DNA of 64,000 nucleotides, from contig CACBDX010000001.1 of assembly GCA_902538155.1 (NCBI GenBank), positions 19,301 to 83,300 of the forward strand, read 5' to 3'. The notes under the pieces are model-generated. The model was not told the origin of the DNA, ran no database searches, and was given only the letters and a program-made list of their open reading frames with translations. Position numbers and translations under genes: made by a program. Below are positions 44,234 to 53,297 of the stretch, piece by piece. Position 1 is the first letter of the stretch, and every line of letters begins with the position of its first letter. This stretch comes from an uncultured Alphaproteobacteria bacterium (GTDB lineage Bacteria > Pseudomonadota > Alphaproteobacteria > HIMB59 > GCA-002718135).

Positions 44234-45979
44234 TTAATTGATTACTTTCACATCATGGATCAGTATTTGGGGCATCTGATTACTTGAGAAGTTATCTTTT
44301 TTAATAGAACACAAAATATGAAATTTAAATTTATTAAACTTCAGAAGATAATCACCAATAAGGGTATTCATAGAGTTGAATGAGATACCTTTTAAATTTT
44401 CACCTACATCATTTTTAAAAAAAATTAAAATATGTTTATTTTTTACATTTTTAACCTGATCAATTACTATATCTTTGATTAAAAATTGAGGTTCTTCATT
44501 ACCTTTGCCGTGAGGTTCTAATAATTCTAAATTATCTAAAAAATCTTTGTTTATTTGATTTACAGAAATTTCACTGTCATAAAATATTTTTTTTTCAAAA
44601 AAATTATCATGATAAGAATCAAATTTTTTAACTAAAAATTTATCTATTTTATCTAATTTTTTTTTATTTATTTTTAAACCAACTGCCATTTTATGACCAC
44701 CCCCATCTTCTATTAAATCATTAGCCTTAAGCTCAAGGACAATACTTCCAATATCAATTTGATCTATTGATCTGCCTGAGCCAGTTCCAATATTATTAAT
44801 AAAAGAAAATACAAATGTTGGCTTGTTATAAAGAGCTACTATTTTACTGGCAACTATACCTAGAACACCTTGGTGCCAATTCTCTTTATAAACAATAATA
44901 AATTTTTTATTTTCTTGATCTTTTATTTGCTCAATTGCTTCATTGAATATATTTTGCTCAATTAATTTTCTTTTTTCATTAATTAAAAATAGTTTTCTAG
45001 AAATAGTTTCTATTTCAGAATCATCATTTGATATAAGAAGTCTGGAGGATAAAGAAGAGTCATCAATTCTACTCGCAGCATTAATTTGTGGTCCTAAGAC
45101 AAAACCAATATCTTTAGCTAAAGGTTCATGATTAATATTAGAGTTATCTAATATTTTAGTTATTGATTTATTTTTTCGATTTCTAATGAGCTCTAAACCT
45201 TTACTGACAATTGATCTATTGTAATTGTTAATATTAACAATATCACAAATTGTTCCAACAGCAACTAAGTCTAAATATGACATCAAATTTGGTTCTTTTA
45301 TGTTTGGAAATAATCTTAATTCTCTAATTTGCTTTCTTAAACCCATTAAAAAAAGAAAGGTTACCGCTACTGCAGCAAAATCTTTATAATCATTATTTTC
45401 ATCAAACCTATTTGGATTAATTACCGCGTGAACTTTTGGAAGTTTAAATTCACTTAAATGATGATCTATAACAATAACCTCGATACCATTGTAATTAGGC
45501 AAATCAATAGAGTTAAATGCAGATGTACCACAATCAAGTGTAAACAAGAGTGTAATATTTTCATTAAGCATTTCATTCATAAGTCTAATATTTGGACCAT
45601 AGCCCTCCGACAATCTATTAGGAATTTTACAAACAAGATTATTGGTAAATTTATTTAAAAATTTATATAAAATTGAAGCAGAAGTAGATCCATCAACATC
45701 ATAATCAGCGATTATTCCAATCTTTTCATTGTTTTTTAAAGCTTCAATACATCTTTCAATTCCTTTTTTCATATCTTTAAGTTCAAAAGGGTCTGGAAGA
45801 TTATTTAAAAGATTAGGATTTATATAGTTATCATAATTATCTTCGAAGACACCTCTTGAAATTAAAAGTTTTGAAAAAATTTCAGAAATTGATTTCTTTT
45901 GTGAAAGAGCTTGAATATGCTTAAAGTCTATTACCTTTTCTTCCCAAAATTTATCAGATAGTGATTTTTCAATATTCAC
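44234..45979 (-). CDS. recJ: single-stranded-DNA-specific exonuclease RecJ
   Basis: 581 aa. DHH motifs DYDVDGSTS, LDCG and VIDHH. Confidence 0.9.
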   Translation of the reverse strand: MNIEKSLSDKFWEEKVIDFKHIQALSQKKSISEIFSKLLISRGVFEDNYDNYINPNLLNNLPDPFELKDMKKGIERCIEALKNNEKIGIIADYDVDGSTSASILYKFLNKFTNNLVCKIPNRLSEGYGPNIRLMNEMLNENITLLFTLDCGTSAFNSIDLPNYNGIEVIVIDHHLSEFKLPKVHAVINPNRFDENNDYKDFAAVAVTFLFLMGLRKQIRELRLFPNIKEPNLMSYLDLVAVGTICDIVNINNYNRSIVSKGLELIRNRKNKSITKILDNSNINHEPLAKDIGFVLGPQINAASRIDDSSLSSRLLISNDDSEIETISRKLFLINEKRKLIEQNIFNEAIEQIKDQENKKFIIVYKENWHQGVLGIVASKIVALYNKPTFVFSFINNIGTGSGRSIDQIDIGSIVLELKANDLIEDGGGHKMAVGLKINKKKLDKIDKFLVKKFDSYHDNFFEKKIFYDSEISVNQINKDFLDNLELLEPHGKGNEEPQFLIKDIVIDQVKNVKNKHILIFFKNDVGENLKGISFNSMNTLIGDYLLKFNKFKFHILCSIKKDNFSSNQMPQILIHDVKVIN

Positions 45980-45984
45980 ATTAA

Positions 45985-47283
45985 TTAATTATCATGAATA
46001 GCAAGGACAGTAATTTTTTCTTTTACAAATTCTAAACCTTCAATTTTATTAATAACATTACTTAATTTTTCTTTCTGAATATTATGAGTGGTTATTATAA
46101 TAGGTATAGGATTATCTGTTTCAGAACTCTCGGGAAGTTGAAGTATTTTTTTAACAGATATATCAAAATCACTAAAATAATTAGTAATTGATGAAAGAAC
46201 ACCAGGTTTGTCTTCTGTCATTATTCTTAGGTAATAGCTATTAATTATATTTTCTGCTGAATATTTTTCAAAAGTTTGTAAGTTATCAATTTTAAAACCC
46301 AAATTATCAAATTTTTCATTCTGAGATATATCATATAAATCAGACAAGACAGAGCTAGCAGTTGGCTTCCCCCCTGCTCCTTCACCCTCTAAAAATAAAT
46401 TTTGCAGATGTATAGTTTCAATATTAATCGCATTAAGCGCATTATCAACACTTGCTAAAGGATTATCCATTGAAACTAATTTTGGTGAAGTGAAGTTTGA
46501 AATTTTTCCTTCAATTATGCAAGCTTCAGATATTAATTTTATCTTATATCCTAATTTTTCAGCAAAATTAATATCTTCAATTTTAATATTTGAAATTCCT
46601 TCAATATAATTATTATTAAAGTTTAAATTTGATTTAAAACATAGAGTTGATAATATTGTTAACTTGTGCGCTGCATCATATCCTCCAATATCTAATTTGG
46701 ATTCCTGATCAGAAGTGAATCCTTTATCTTTAGCAATTTTTAGAACTGCATCAAAGGACAAATTATCTTGTTGCATTTTTGTTAAAATATAATTTGTGGT
46801 TCCATTTAAAATTCCAGAAATTTTATTAATTCTATCTAAACTAATAGAATTTTTAATTGTTTTTATGATTGGAATACCACCAGCAACAGCAGCTTCATAT
46901 GATAAAGCTAATGAGTGCGTATTAGCTAATTTAAATAATTCTTTTCCGTGATTAGCTATTAATGCTTTATTACCTGTTACAACATGTTTTTTATTTTTTA
47001 ATGCTGTTTCAATTATTTCATAGCTAATTCCTTTTTCTTCACCAATTAATTCAATAATTACGTTGCAATTATCATCTTTAGACATTTCTCTTGGATCATC
47101 ATACCAAGTATAATTTGATATATTAAAATTTCTTTTTTTATTTTTTGTTCTTGCAGATATTCCAACAATATTTAATTCGACATCTGTTTTATCAAAGAAA
47201 TAATTTTTATTTTCTTCTATTGTCTCAACTAGTGCTGATCCAACATTTCCCAATCCCGCTATACCGATATTAAGTTTACTCAT
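45985..47283 (-). CDS. hom: homoserine dehydrogenase (with C-terminal ACT domain)
   Basis: 432 aa. Contains GIAGLGNVGS and GILNGTTNYIL. Confidence 0.9.
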   Translation of the reverse strand: MSKLNIGIAGLGNVGSALVETIEENKNYFFDKTDVELNIVGISARTKNKKRNFNISNYTWYDDPREMSKDDNCNVIIELIGEEKGISYEIIETALKNKKHVVTGNKALIANHGKELFKLANTHSLALSYEAAVAGGIPIIKTIKNSISLDRINKISGILNGTTNYILTKMQQDNLSFDAVLKIAKDKGFTSDQESKLDIGGYDAAHKLTILSTLCFKSNLNFNNNYIEGISNIKIEDINFAEKLGYKIKLISEACIIEGKISNFTSPKLVSMDNPLASVDNALNAINIETIHLQNLFLEGEGAGGKPTASSVLSDLYDISQNEKFDNLGFKIDNLQTFEKYSAENIINSYYLRIMTEDKPGVLSSITNYFSDFDISVKKILQLPESSETDNPIPIIITTHNIQKEKLSNVINKIEGLEFVKEKITVLAIHDN

Positions 47284-47291
47284 AACTAAAT

Positions 47292-47477
47292 TTAACTTTT
47301 ATAATCATTAATACATTTATCTATATCTTTTTTATCAGTATTAGAAATACTGCAATAATCTAATAATTCTTCATCATTTAATTTTGTGTCTTTAAAATCA
47401 GGTACATTATCAATATCAGGATAACCGCAAGAAACAATGAAAAGAAATAGAATAAAAACTATAAAATATTTAATCAT
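47292..47477 (-). CDS. small putative lipoprotein
   Basis: 61 aa. Lipobox-like FIVSCG after a hydrophobic leader. Overlaps the argC stop by 4 nt. Confidence 0.45.
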   Translation of the reverse strand: MIKYFIVFILFLFIVSCGYPDIDNVPDFKDTKLNDEELLDYCSISNTDKKDIDKCINDYKS

Positions 47478-48502
47478 AATAAGGATACTGTTTCTTCAAT
47501 ATTTTCTGCTATATTAAAACATTGTACTGCTTGACCTGCAGCACCTTTGATTAAGTTATCTATTGCACTGACTATAATCAGTTTATCATCACTGTAATGA
47601 TCAAAAACTTTAATTTTACAATAATTAGAATTTTGAATAGAAAAAAAATCAAGAATCTCATCATTTTCAACATATTTTAGAAAAGGATTAATTTTATCTA
47701 ATTCTTTTAATAGGTTTATAATATCAGTTTTTTTTATACTATTATTAAGATCACAATAAATTGTAGAAATCATACCTCTAAAATTAGGTAATATGTGGGG
47801 ATTAAATGAAAACTTTACCTCATTTTCTGAATTATACTTATTAAGCTCTTGTTTGATTTCTGCAATATGTCTGTGATTATTTGTATTATAATTATAAAAA
47901 TTATAATCATTTCTTGATTTCATTTTATTGAAATCAAATTTCTTTCCTGCTCCGCTATAACCTGATTTCGAATCTATAATTATATTCTCAGTATTTATTA
48001 ATTTATTTTTTATTAAAGGTATTAATGGTAATAAAATAGAAGTTGGATAACAACCAGGTATAGCTATATTTTTTGAACCTAATATTTTTTCTCTATTTAT
48101 TTCAGCAAGACCATAAATAAAATTTTTTAAATGCTCTTTGCAATCATGTTCATTGCCATAATTTTTTTTATAAACATCAAAATTATCTAATCTAAAATCA
48201 GCTGATAAATCTACAATATTAATTTTATCAAAATATTTTTTTACATATTTATTAGATACGGCATGAGGTAAAGCTAAGAATACATAATCACTATCTTCAG
48301 TATTAAAACTATCATTCGGTTTTAAATGGGGAAGTTGATTATATTCTTTTGTATTGTTAATATTTTTTAGATAAGTACCATGAATGGTCTCTGATCCTAA
48401 AAAATTTATATCTACATAAGAATGATTTGACAGAATTTTTACTAACTCCATTCCAACATAGCCCGTTGAGCCTAAAACGGCTACTTTAATCTTATTTTTC
48501 AT
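47474..48502 (-). CDS. argC: N-acetyl-gamma-glutamyl-phosphate reductase
   Basis: 342 aa. Contains VLGSTGYVG and the active-site PGCYPTS. Confidence 0.9.
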   Translation of the reverse strand: MKNKIKVAVLGSTGYVGMELVKILSNHSYVDINFLGSETIHGTYLKNINNTKEYNQLPHLKPNDSFNTEDSDYVFLALPHAVSNKYVKKYFDKINIVDLSADFRLDNFDVYKKNYGNEHDCKEHLKNFIYGLAEINREKILGSKNIAIPGCYPTSILLPLIPLIKNKLINTENIIIDSKSGYSGAGKKFDFNKMKSRNDYNFYNYNTNNHRHIAEIKQELNKYNSENEVKFSFNPHILPNFRGMISTIYCDLNNSIKKTDIINLLKELDKINPFLKYVENDEILDFFSIQNSNYCKIKVFDHYSDDKLIIVSAIDNLIKGAAGQAVQCFNIAENIEETVSLL

Positions 48503-48508
48503 TAAAAT

Positions 48509-48937
48509 TTATCTCTTAGAGAACTGGTAACTTCGTCTGGCTTTTGCTAAACCAGCTTTTTTTCTTTCAACAACTCTTGGATCTCTCGTAAGAAAACCAA
48601 CTTTTTTCAGAGGTGGTCTATTTGACTGATCGTATAAGCTTAATGCTTTACTAATACCATGCCTGATAGCACCAGCTTGACCAGAAAGACCTCCGCCTTT
48701 AACTGAAGCCATTATCTCATATGAATTATCAGATTTAACTACATCTAAGGGTTGGTTAACTATCATTTGTAAAACGGGTCTTGAAAAGTATTTATCTAAA
48801 GGTTTGCCATTGATTTTAATCTCACCACTGCCCCTTTTTAACCAAACTCTAGCAATAGAATTTTTTCTTTTTCCAGTAGCATAGGCTCTTTCTTTATTGT
48901 CTAAAATCGTATCAGTTTGATTTTCTTGATTTTCCAT
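48509..48937 (-). CDS. rpsI: 30S ribosomal protein S9
   Basis: 142 aa. Contains [19 protein letters not shown] and a C-terminal ..RRSYQFSKR. Confidence 0.95.
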   Translation of the reverse strand: MENQENQTDTILDNKERAYATGKRKNSIARVWLKRGSGEIKINGKPLDKYFSRPVLQMIVNQPLDVVKSDNSYEIMASVKGGGLSGQAGAIRHGISKALSLYDQSNRPPLKKVGFLTRDPRVVERKKAGLAKARRSYQFSKR

Positions 48938-48939
48938 AG

Positions 48940-49398
48940 TTAAATTTTGTTTTTACTATTCATTGATTCTATATCAATGATTTGTGGATTTTGAGCTTCG
49001 TGCTTATGGTTTTCATCCCTATAAATCTTGCAATTAGATAATTGCTGTTTTCCCAAGGGTCCTCTTGGAATCATCCTTTTTATTGCAAGTTTGATCATTT
49101 CATCGGATTTATTTTTTTCTTTCATTTTATTTGGAGTTGTCTCTTTAATTCCTCCAGGATAACCGGTGTGTCTGTAATAGATTTTATTATCAGCTTTTTT
49201 GCCCTTTAGATGGATTTTATCAGAATTAATTATAATTAGATTGTCACCACAATCTTGATTAGGGGTGTATTCAGGCTTATTTTTGCCTCTTAGAATATTT
49301 GCGGAGATAACAGCAAGTCTTCCTAAAACTGCATTTTGTGCATCAATTAAGACCCACTTTTTTTTAATATCATTTTTCTTTAAAGAGAATGTTTTCAT
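48940..49398 (-). CDS. rplM: 50S ribosomal protein L13
   Basis: 152 aa. Contains [17 protein letters not shown] and [10 protein letters not shown]. Confidence 0.95.
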   Translation of the reverse strand: MKTFSLKKNDIKKKWVLIDAQNAVLGRLAVISANILRGKNKPEYTPNQDCGDNLIIINSDKIHLKGKKADNKIYYRHTGYPGGIKETTPNKMKEKNKSDEMIKLAIKRMIPRGPLGKQQLSNCKIYRDENHKHEAQNPQIIDIESMNSKNKI

Positions 49399-49444
49399 CG
49401 CGTGCCCAAATACATATATTGAAAAATTAAGTCAATAATTTAAT

Positions 49445-49476
49445 AAAAAAAACCCTCTAATTAGAGGGTTTTTTAA
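49445..49476 (-). terminator. intrinsic (bidirectional-looking) terminator after proteorhodopsin
   Basis: AACCCTCTAATTAGAGGGTT palindrome flanked by an A-run and a T-run, lying between the PR stop (49495) and the rplM start (49398). Confidence 0.8.
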
Positions 49477-49494
49477 TAATATTTAAGTATTTAA

Positions 49495-50259
49495 TTATGC
49501 AGTTGCTGAGTCTTTAGCAGCAGCGTTCCAGATAATTAAACCAAATAGGATTTTATTAATAAAATCTGCAAGGTTATAAATCCAGTTTAGAGTATCAGCA
49601 TCAACTGAACCCATCATTAAACCGAATACATATCCAAGTGGATAGATTGCCCATCCAACTAACACAATTAATCTCATTGCATTAAAAGCAGATGTTACTG
49701 ATTCTTTAGTTGTAGCAGCTTGACTTGCCTCACCTCGGAAAATTTCCCAAATGATTACAGCCCAACCGATCATACCAATGATGAAACCAAGTAATACCGA
49801 AATATGACCTGCTTCTCCAAGATATCCACCAACAATCATAACAAGTGTACCAATGAGCAATCTGTAGAAAGCACCACTGGATACAGCTGCGCCGGCAGCA
49901 ACTAGGATTAAAAAGAATTCAACCATTTGAAGTGGAACAGTTAGTATCCAGTCAATATATCTATATACTGTTGGTGACTCACCTGTAGCAACCCAAAAGT
50001 CTCTCATGTACATATAGTGTACAGCAGCTATAAAAGTAATTAGCCCTGCAACAACCATTGAAGTTCTCCATTTAGAAGAAACTCTCATACCTTCATAAAA
50101 GAAGAAAATAGTAGATGCCCACATTCCAATTGATACAATCCAGAATGTAATACCTACGAAATCACCTTCACCTAGGAAGGTATCGGCAGCAAATGCTGGA
50201 ACAGCAATAAAAGCTATAGTCGCAGCAATGATACCTAATAGACTAGTCTTATTTAACAT
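49495..50259 (-). CDS. proteorhodopsin (light-driven proton pump), Gln at the spectral-tuning position
   Basis: 254 aa. RYIDWILTVPLQMVEF (acceptor Asp, tuning Gln, donor Glu), HYMYMR His, and the retinal Lys in NLADFINKILFG. AAGGAG Shine-Dalgarno 5 nt upstream. Confidence 0.95.
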   Translation of the reverse strand: MLNKTSLLGIIAATIAFIAVPAFAADTFLGEGDFVGITFWIVSIGMWASTIFFFYEGMRVSSKWRTSMVVAGLITFIAAVHYMYMRDFWVATGESPTVYRYIDWILTVPLQMVEFFLILVAAGAAVSSGAFYRLLIGTLVMIVGGYLGEAGHISVLLGFIIGMIGWAVIIWEIFRGEASQAATTKESVTSAFNAMRLIVLVGWAIYPLGYVFGLMMGSVDADTLNWIYNLADFINKILFGLIIWNAAAKDSATA

Positions 50260-50421
50260 AAAAACTCCTTATAGTTTGTTTCCTTACTAATAAGATGAGG
50301 TTCATATATTTTAATTGACGAACAAATAAAACATTAAAAATAACTTTTTTTTTCTTATTTTTTGTATAAATTTTTAATTTAAATTACTGAAATATATGTA
50401 TTTTTTTTTATTAAAATATTA

Positions 50422-50799
50422 TTAATTCTTGTTTTTCAACAATAATCTCATTTTATCAAGAATCTGTTTAATATTTTCAACATTATTTATATACTGGTAA
50501 TCTATCGTTGTTTTATCTTCTTTAATACCCGATTTGATCTTAGAATTTAATATTTTCTCTGCTAATTTTATTGAATAATTCTGACTATCTCCTTTATAAA
50601 GAATTTTTTTTAGTTTTTGAAGTTTTTTAATATTTTCCATATTAAAGTATCTAGTTCCACCTTTACTTTTTGTTGAAATACCCTCTATTCTATATTTATT
50701 TGTTTTAGGATCAACAGAGTCCCAATATCTAATTTTATGTTCCTCTATTTGCAGCAACTTTGAAACTTCAGAAATATTCAAATATTTTTTATTAATCAT
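50422..50799 (-). CDS. MerR-family transcriptional regulator
   Basis: 125 aa. N-terminal HTH LNISEVSKLLQIEEHKIRYWD. Follows ihfA, as in other alphaproteobacteria. Confidence 0.7.
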   Translation of the reverse strand: MINKKYLNISEVSKLLQIEEHKIRYWDSVDPKTNKYRIEGISTKSKGGTRYFNMENIKKLQKLKKILYKGDSQNYSIKLAEKILNSKIKSGIKEDKTTIDYQYINNVENIKQILDKMRLLLKNKN

Positions 50800-51094
50800 T
50801 AATATTATTATTAATATATTTTAATAATATTTTACTAGCTTTAAAAGTTATAACATTTCTACTAGAAATATTGAATTCTTCTTTAGTTTTTGGATTTCTT
50901 CCAATTCTACTATTCTTTTTATTAAGCTTAAAAGTACCAAAGTTATGTATTTTAACCTTTTTATCTAATTGAAGACCTTCAATAATTATATCAACGATAT
51001 CATTTACAATATCTAGACATAGTTTTCTATTAAAACCAAATTCACTTTTCATTGCATCAGCAATTTCATCTCTAGATAAATTATGCTTATCCAT
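50792..51094 (-). CDS. ihfA: integration host factor subunit alpha (HU/IHF family)
   Basis: 100 aa. Contains FGTFKLNKKNSRIGRNPKTKEEFNISSRNVITFKAS. Confidence 0.8.
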   Translation of the reverse strand: MDKHNLSRDEIADAMKSEFGFNRKLCLDIVNDIVDIIIEGLQLDKKVKIHNFGTFKLNKKNSRIGRNPKTKEEFNISSRNVITFKASKILLKYINNNIND

Positions 51095-52107
51095 TATATA
51101 TTTTTTATAGATTTTATAATTTGTTTATTAAGATCATTAGTAATAAAATTATGACACTGTTTCAATGCATAACTATAAGCAATGGGGTTAGCATTGCCAT
51201 GACTTTTAACTGAAATTCCATTTAAACCTATCAAAGTAGCTCCATTATAAATATCTGGATTAACTTGATCTTTTAATTTTCTCAGATCTTTTTCAATTAA
51301 TTTGTATGAAATTTTATTAATTAACGATTTATTAAAAATTTCTCTTAAATTAGATGTTATAAAGTTAGAAATACCTTCTGCAGATTTAAGCATAATGTTT
51401 CCAGTATAACCATCAGAAACAATTATATCACAATCACCAGATGTTATTTTATTAGGTTCTATAAAACCTATAAAGTGTTCTTTTAAAAAACTGGATAGAA
51501 TTAAATCTGCTGCATCCTGAAGAAATTCCAAACCTTTATTATTTTCTGTTCCAATATTTAAAATACCTATTTTTGGTTTTTTATTTTTATTTATTATCGA
51601 ATAATAACAATAACCCATCAATGCAAATTGAAACAAGTTTGATCCACTTACTAAAACGTTTGCCCCTAAATCTAGCATAAGTGAGTAATTTTTTTTGTTT
51701 GGGACTAAAGAGCAAATAGCCGGTCTATCAATACCTTCAATCATTCCCATATGAAGTCTTGAAAGGATCATAATAGCTGCAGTGCTACCAGATGATACAA
51801 AACCTGATTTCTCATTTTTTTTTGCAAACTCCAAGCCTTTATAAATACTACTATTTTTTTTTGATCTCAGAATAGTATTAACGTTATCTTCATCAGAAAT
51901 AATATCTTCTGTGTTTACAATTTCAAAATTAAAAATATTTAAATTATTTTTTTTTATATTTTGATTAATTAATAACTCATCACCAAAAAAAATGAATTTA
52001 GTATTTTTTTCTTTTTGAAGAAAAATTTCAACACCTTTTAAAACTTTGTAAGGACTGTTTTCCCCACCCATTGCATCTACGGCAATTGCTACTTGCCCTT
52101 CAGACAT
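51094..52107 (-). CDS. plsX: phosphate acyltransferase PlsX
   Basis: 337 aa. Contains IAVDAMGGENSP and DGYTGNIMLKSAEG. Confidence 0.9.
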   Translation of the reverse strand: MSEGQVAIAVDAMGGENSPYKVLKGVEIFLQKEKNTKFIFFGDELLINQNIKKNNLNIFNFEIVNTEDIISDEDNVNTILRSKKNSSIYKGLEFAKKNEKSGFVSSGSTAAIMILSRLHMGMIEGIDRPAICSLVPNKKNYSLMLDLGANVLVSGSNLFQFALMGYCYYSIINKNKKPKIGILNIGTENNKGLEFLQDAADLILSSFLKEHFIGFIEPNKITSGDCDIIVSDGYTGNIMLKSAEGISNFITSNLREIFNKSLINKISYKLIEKDLRKLKDQVNPDIYNGATLIGLNGISVKSHGNANPIAYSYALKQCHNFITNDLNKQIIKSIKNI

Positions 52108-52110
52108 TAC

Positions 52111-52302
52111 TTAATTATTTTCTTTTGATTTTTTTTTGAGAATTTCTCGACCTTTGTACATACCTGTAGAAAGATCGATCTTATGAGATAATCTTGGCTC
52201 ACCAGAGTCCTTATCCAAAACAACATTTAATTTTTTAAGAGAATCATGGGATCTTCTCATATTTCTTTTTGATACACTAGTTTTTCTTTTAGGAACGGCC
52301 AT
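52111..52302 (-). CDS. rpmF: 50S ribosomal protein L32
   Basis: Begins [19 protein letters not shown]. The track starts at an upstream TTG (52311); ATG 52302 is preferred. Confidence 0.9.
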   Translation of the reverse strand: MAVPKRKTSVSKRNMRRSHDSLKKLNVVLDKDSGEPRLSHKIDLSTGMYKGREILKKKSKENN

Positions 52303-52372
52303 TTTTTCCAATTATTAGTTTTTAGAATTAATTCAAGATAAAATTGCAATATTTATATAGAAATTTAGCATC

Positions 52373-52864
52373 TTAGTTTGAAGAATTGATAAATTCTACA
52401 AATTTATGATTAAATTTTCTAGAAACTTTAACATAATCCTCATTTTTAATTATATCTGTTATTTTAAGATATTCCATAAATGAATCATTTTTATAAAGAT
52501 TATTGTCATCTGGAAATTTTTTTACCCTAAAATAAAATTTTTTTACGTAAGATTTAACATACTTTCCAATAGATATATCTCCAATACCCTTAGCTCTTAG
52601 AGATTCATCTAAATCAGAGATAAATAAAGATACCAATTCATCATTTACTTTCAAATAAAGGTTTTTATTATATTGTAATAGATTTCTACGAATAAACATA
52701 ATTAAAAAAATAGAGACAATTTCAAAAGATGTTTTATAATTTCTTTCTTTAAAAAAATTGTTTTCATTTAAAAATATATTACTTTCAGATATTATTTTTT
52801 TGTATTGCTTTGCTGCAATTATTTGCTCTTTATTTTCTTTTTTTTTAAAGTATTGTAAAATCAT
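52373..52864 (-). CDS. ubiquinol-cytochrome c chaperone (Cbp3-like) family protein
   Basis: 163 aa. Contains LDESLRAKGIGDISIGKYVK. Confidence 0.6.
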   Translation of the reverse strand: MILQYFKKKENKEQIIAAKQYKKIISESNIFLNENNFFKERNYKTSFEIVSIFLIMFIRRNLLQYNKNLYLKVNDELVSLFISDLDESLRAKGIGDISIGKYVKSYVKKFYFRVKKFPDDNNLYKNDSFMEYLKITDIIKNEDYVKVSRKFNHKFVEFINSSN

Positions 52865-52866
52865 TA

Positions 52867-53295
52867 ATGCTTAAAACATTTTTTTATATATGTATTTTTT
52901 TTATTTTAGCAAACTGTTCAGATAAAACGACGTATTCTGGAAAAATTTTAAATAATGAAGAATTAAATGATATTAATTTTAAGAATAAAGAAAAATTAAT
53001 TAGTACACTTGGCAACCCAAGCTACATTGATCCAATAGAAAATAAATTTTTTTATTTTTCAGAAAAAAGTCAAAAAAAATCAATCTTTAAAAAAGAAATA
53101 AAATATAGCTATGTTTTTGTTTTTAAATTGAATGAAAATGAAGAAATAATTGAAACAAAAGTATTTAACACAAAAGATATTGATACTATAAAATTTTCAG
53201 ATGATAAAACATCCAACAAGATTGTAAAAAGAGGATTGCTAGAAAAAATATTTGGGGGTGTTGGAACTCAACAAGAATTACCAACAACCCCTTAA
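52867..53295 (+). CDS. bamE: outer membrane protein assembly factor BamE (SmpA/OmlA lipoprotein)
   Basis: 142 aa. Has a leader plus Cys (FILANCS) and LISTLGNPSYIDP..FFYF. Confidence 0.55.
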   Translation: MLKTFFYICIFFILANCSDKTTYSGKILNNEELNDINFKNKEKLISTLGNPSYIDPIENKFFYFSEKSQKKSIFKKEIKYSYVFVFKLNENEEIIETKVFNTKDIDTIKFSDDKTSNKIVKRGLLEKIFGGVGTQQELPTTP

Positions 53296-53297
53296 TT

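Noticed and set aside
49399-49444. TTGACT hexamer (49430-49435, minus strand) as an rplM promoter
   Set aside because: No acceptable -10 box lies at 16-18 nt; the best candidate is TATTTG, a 3/6 match. The support is insufficient.
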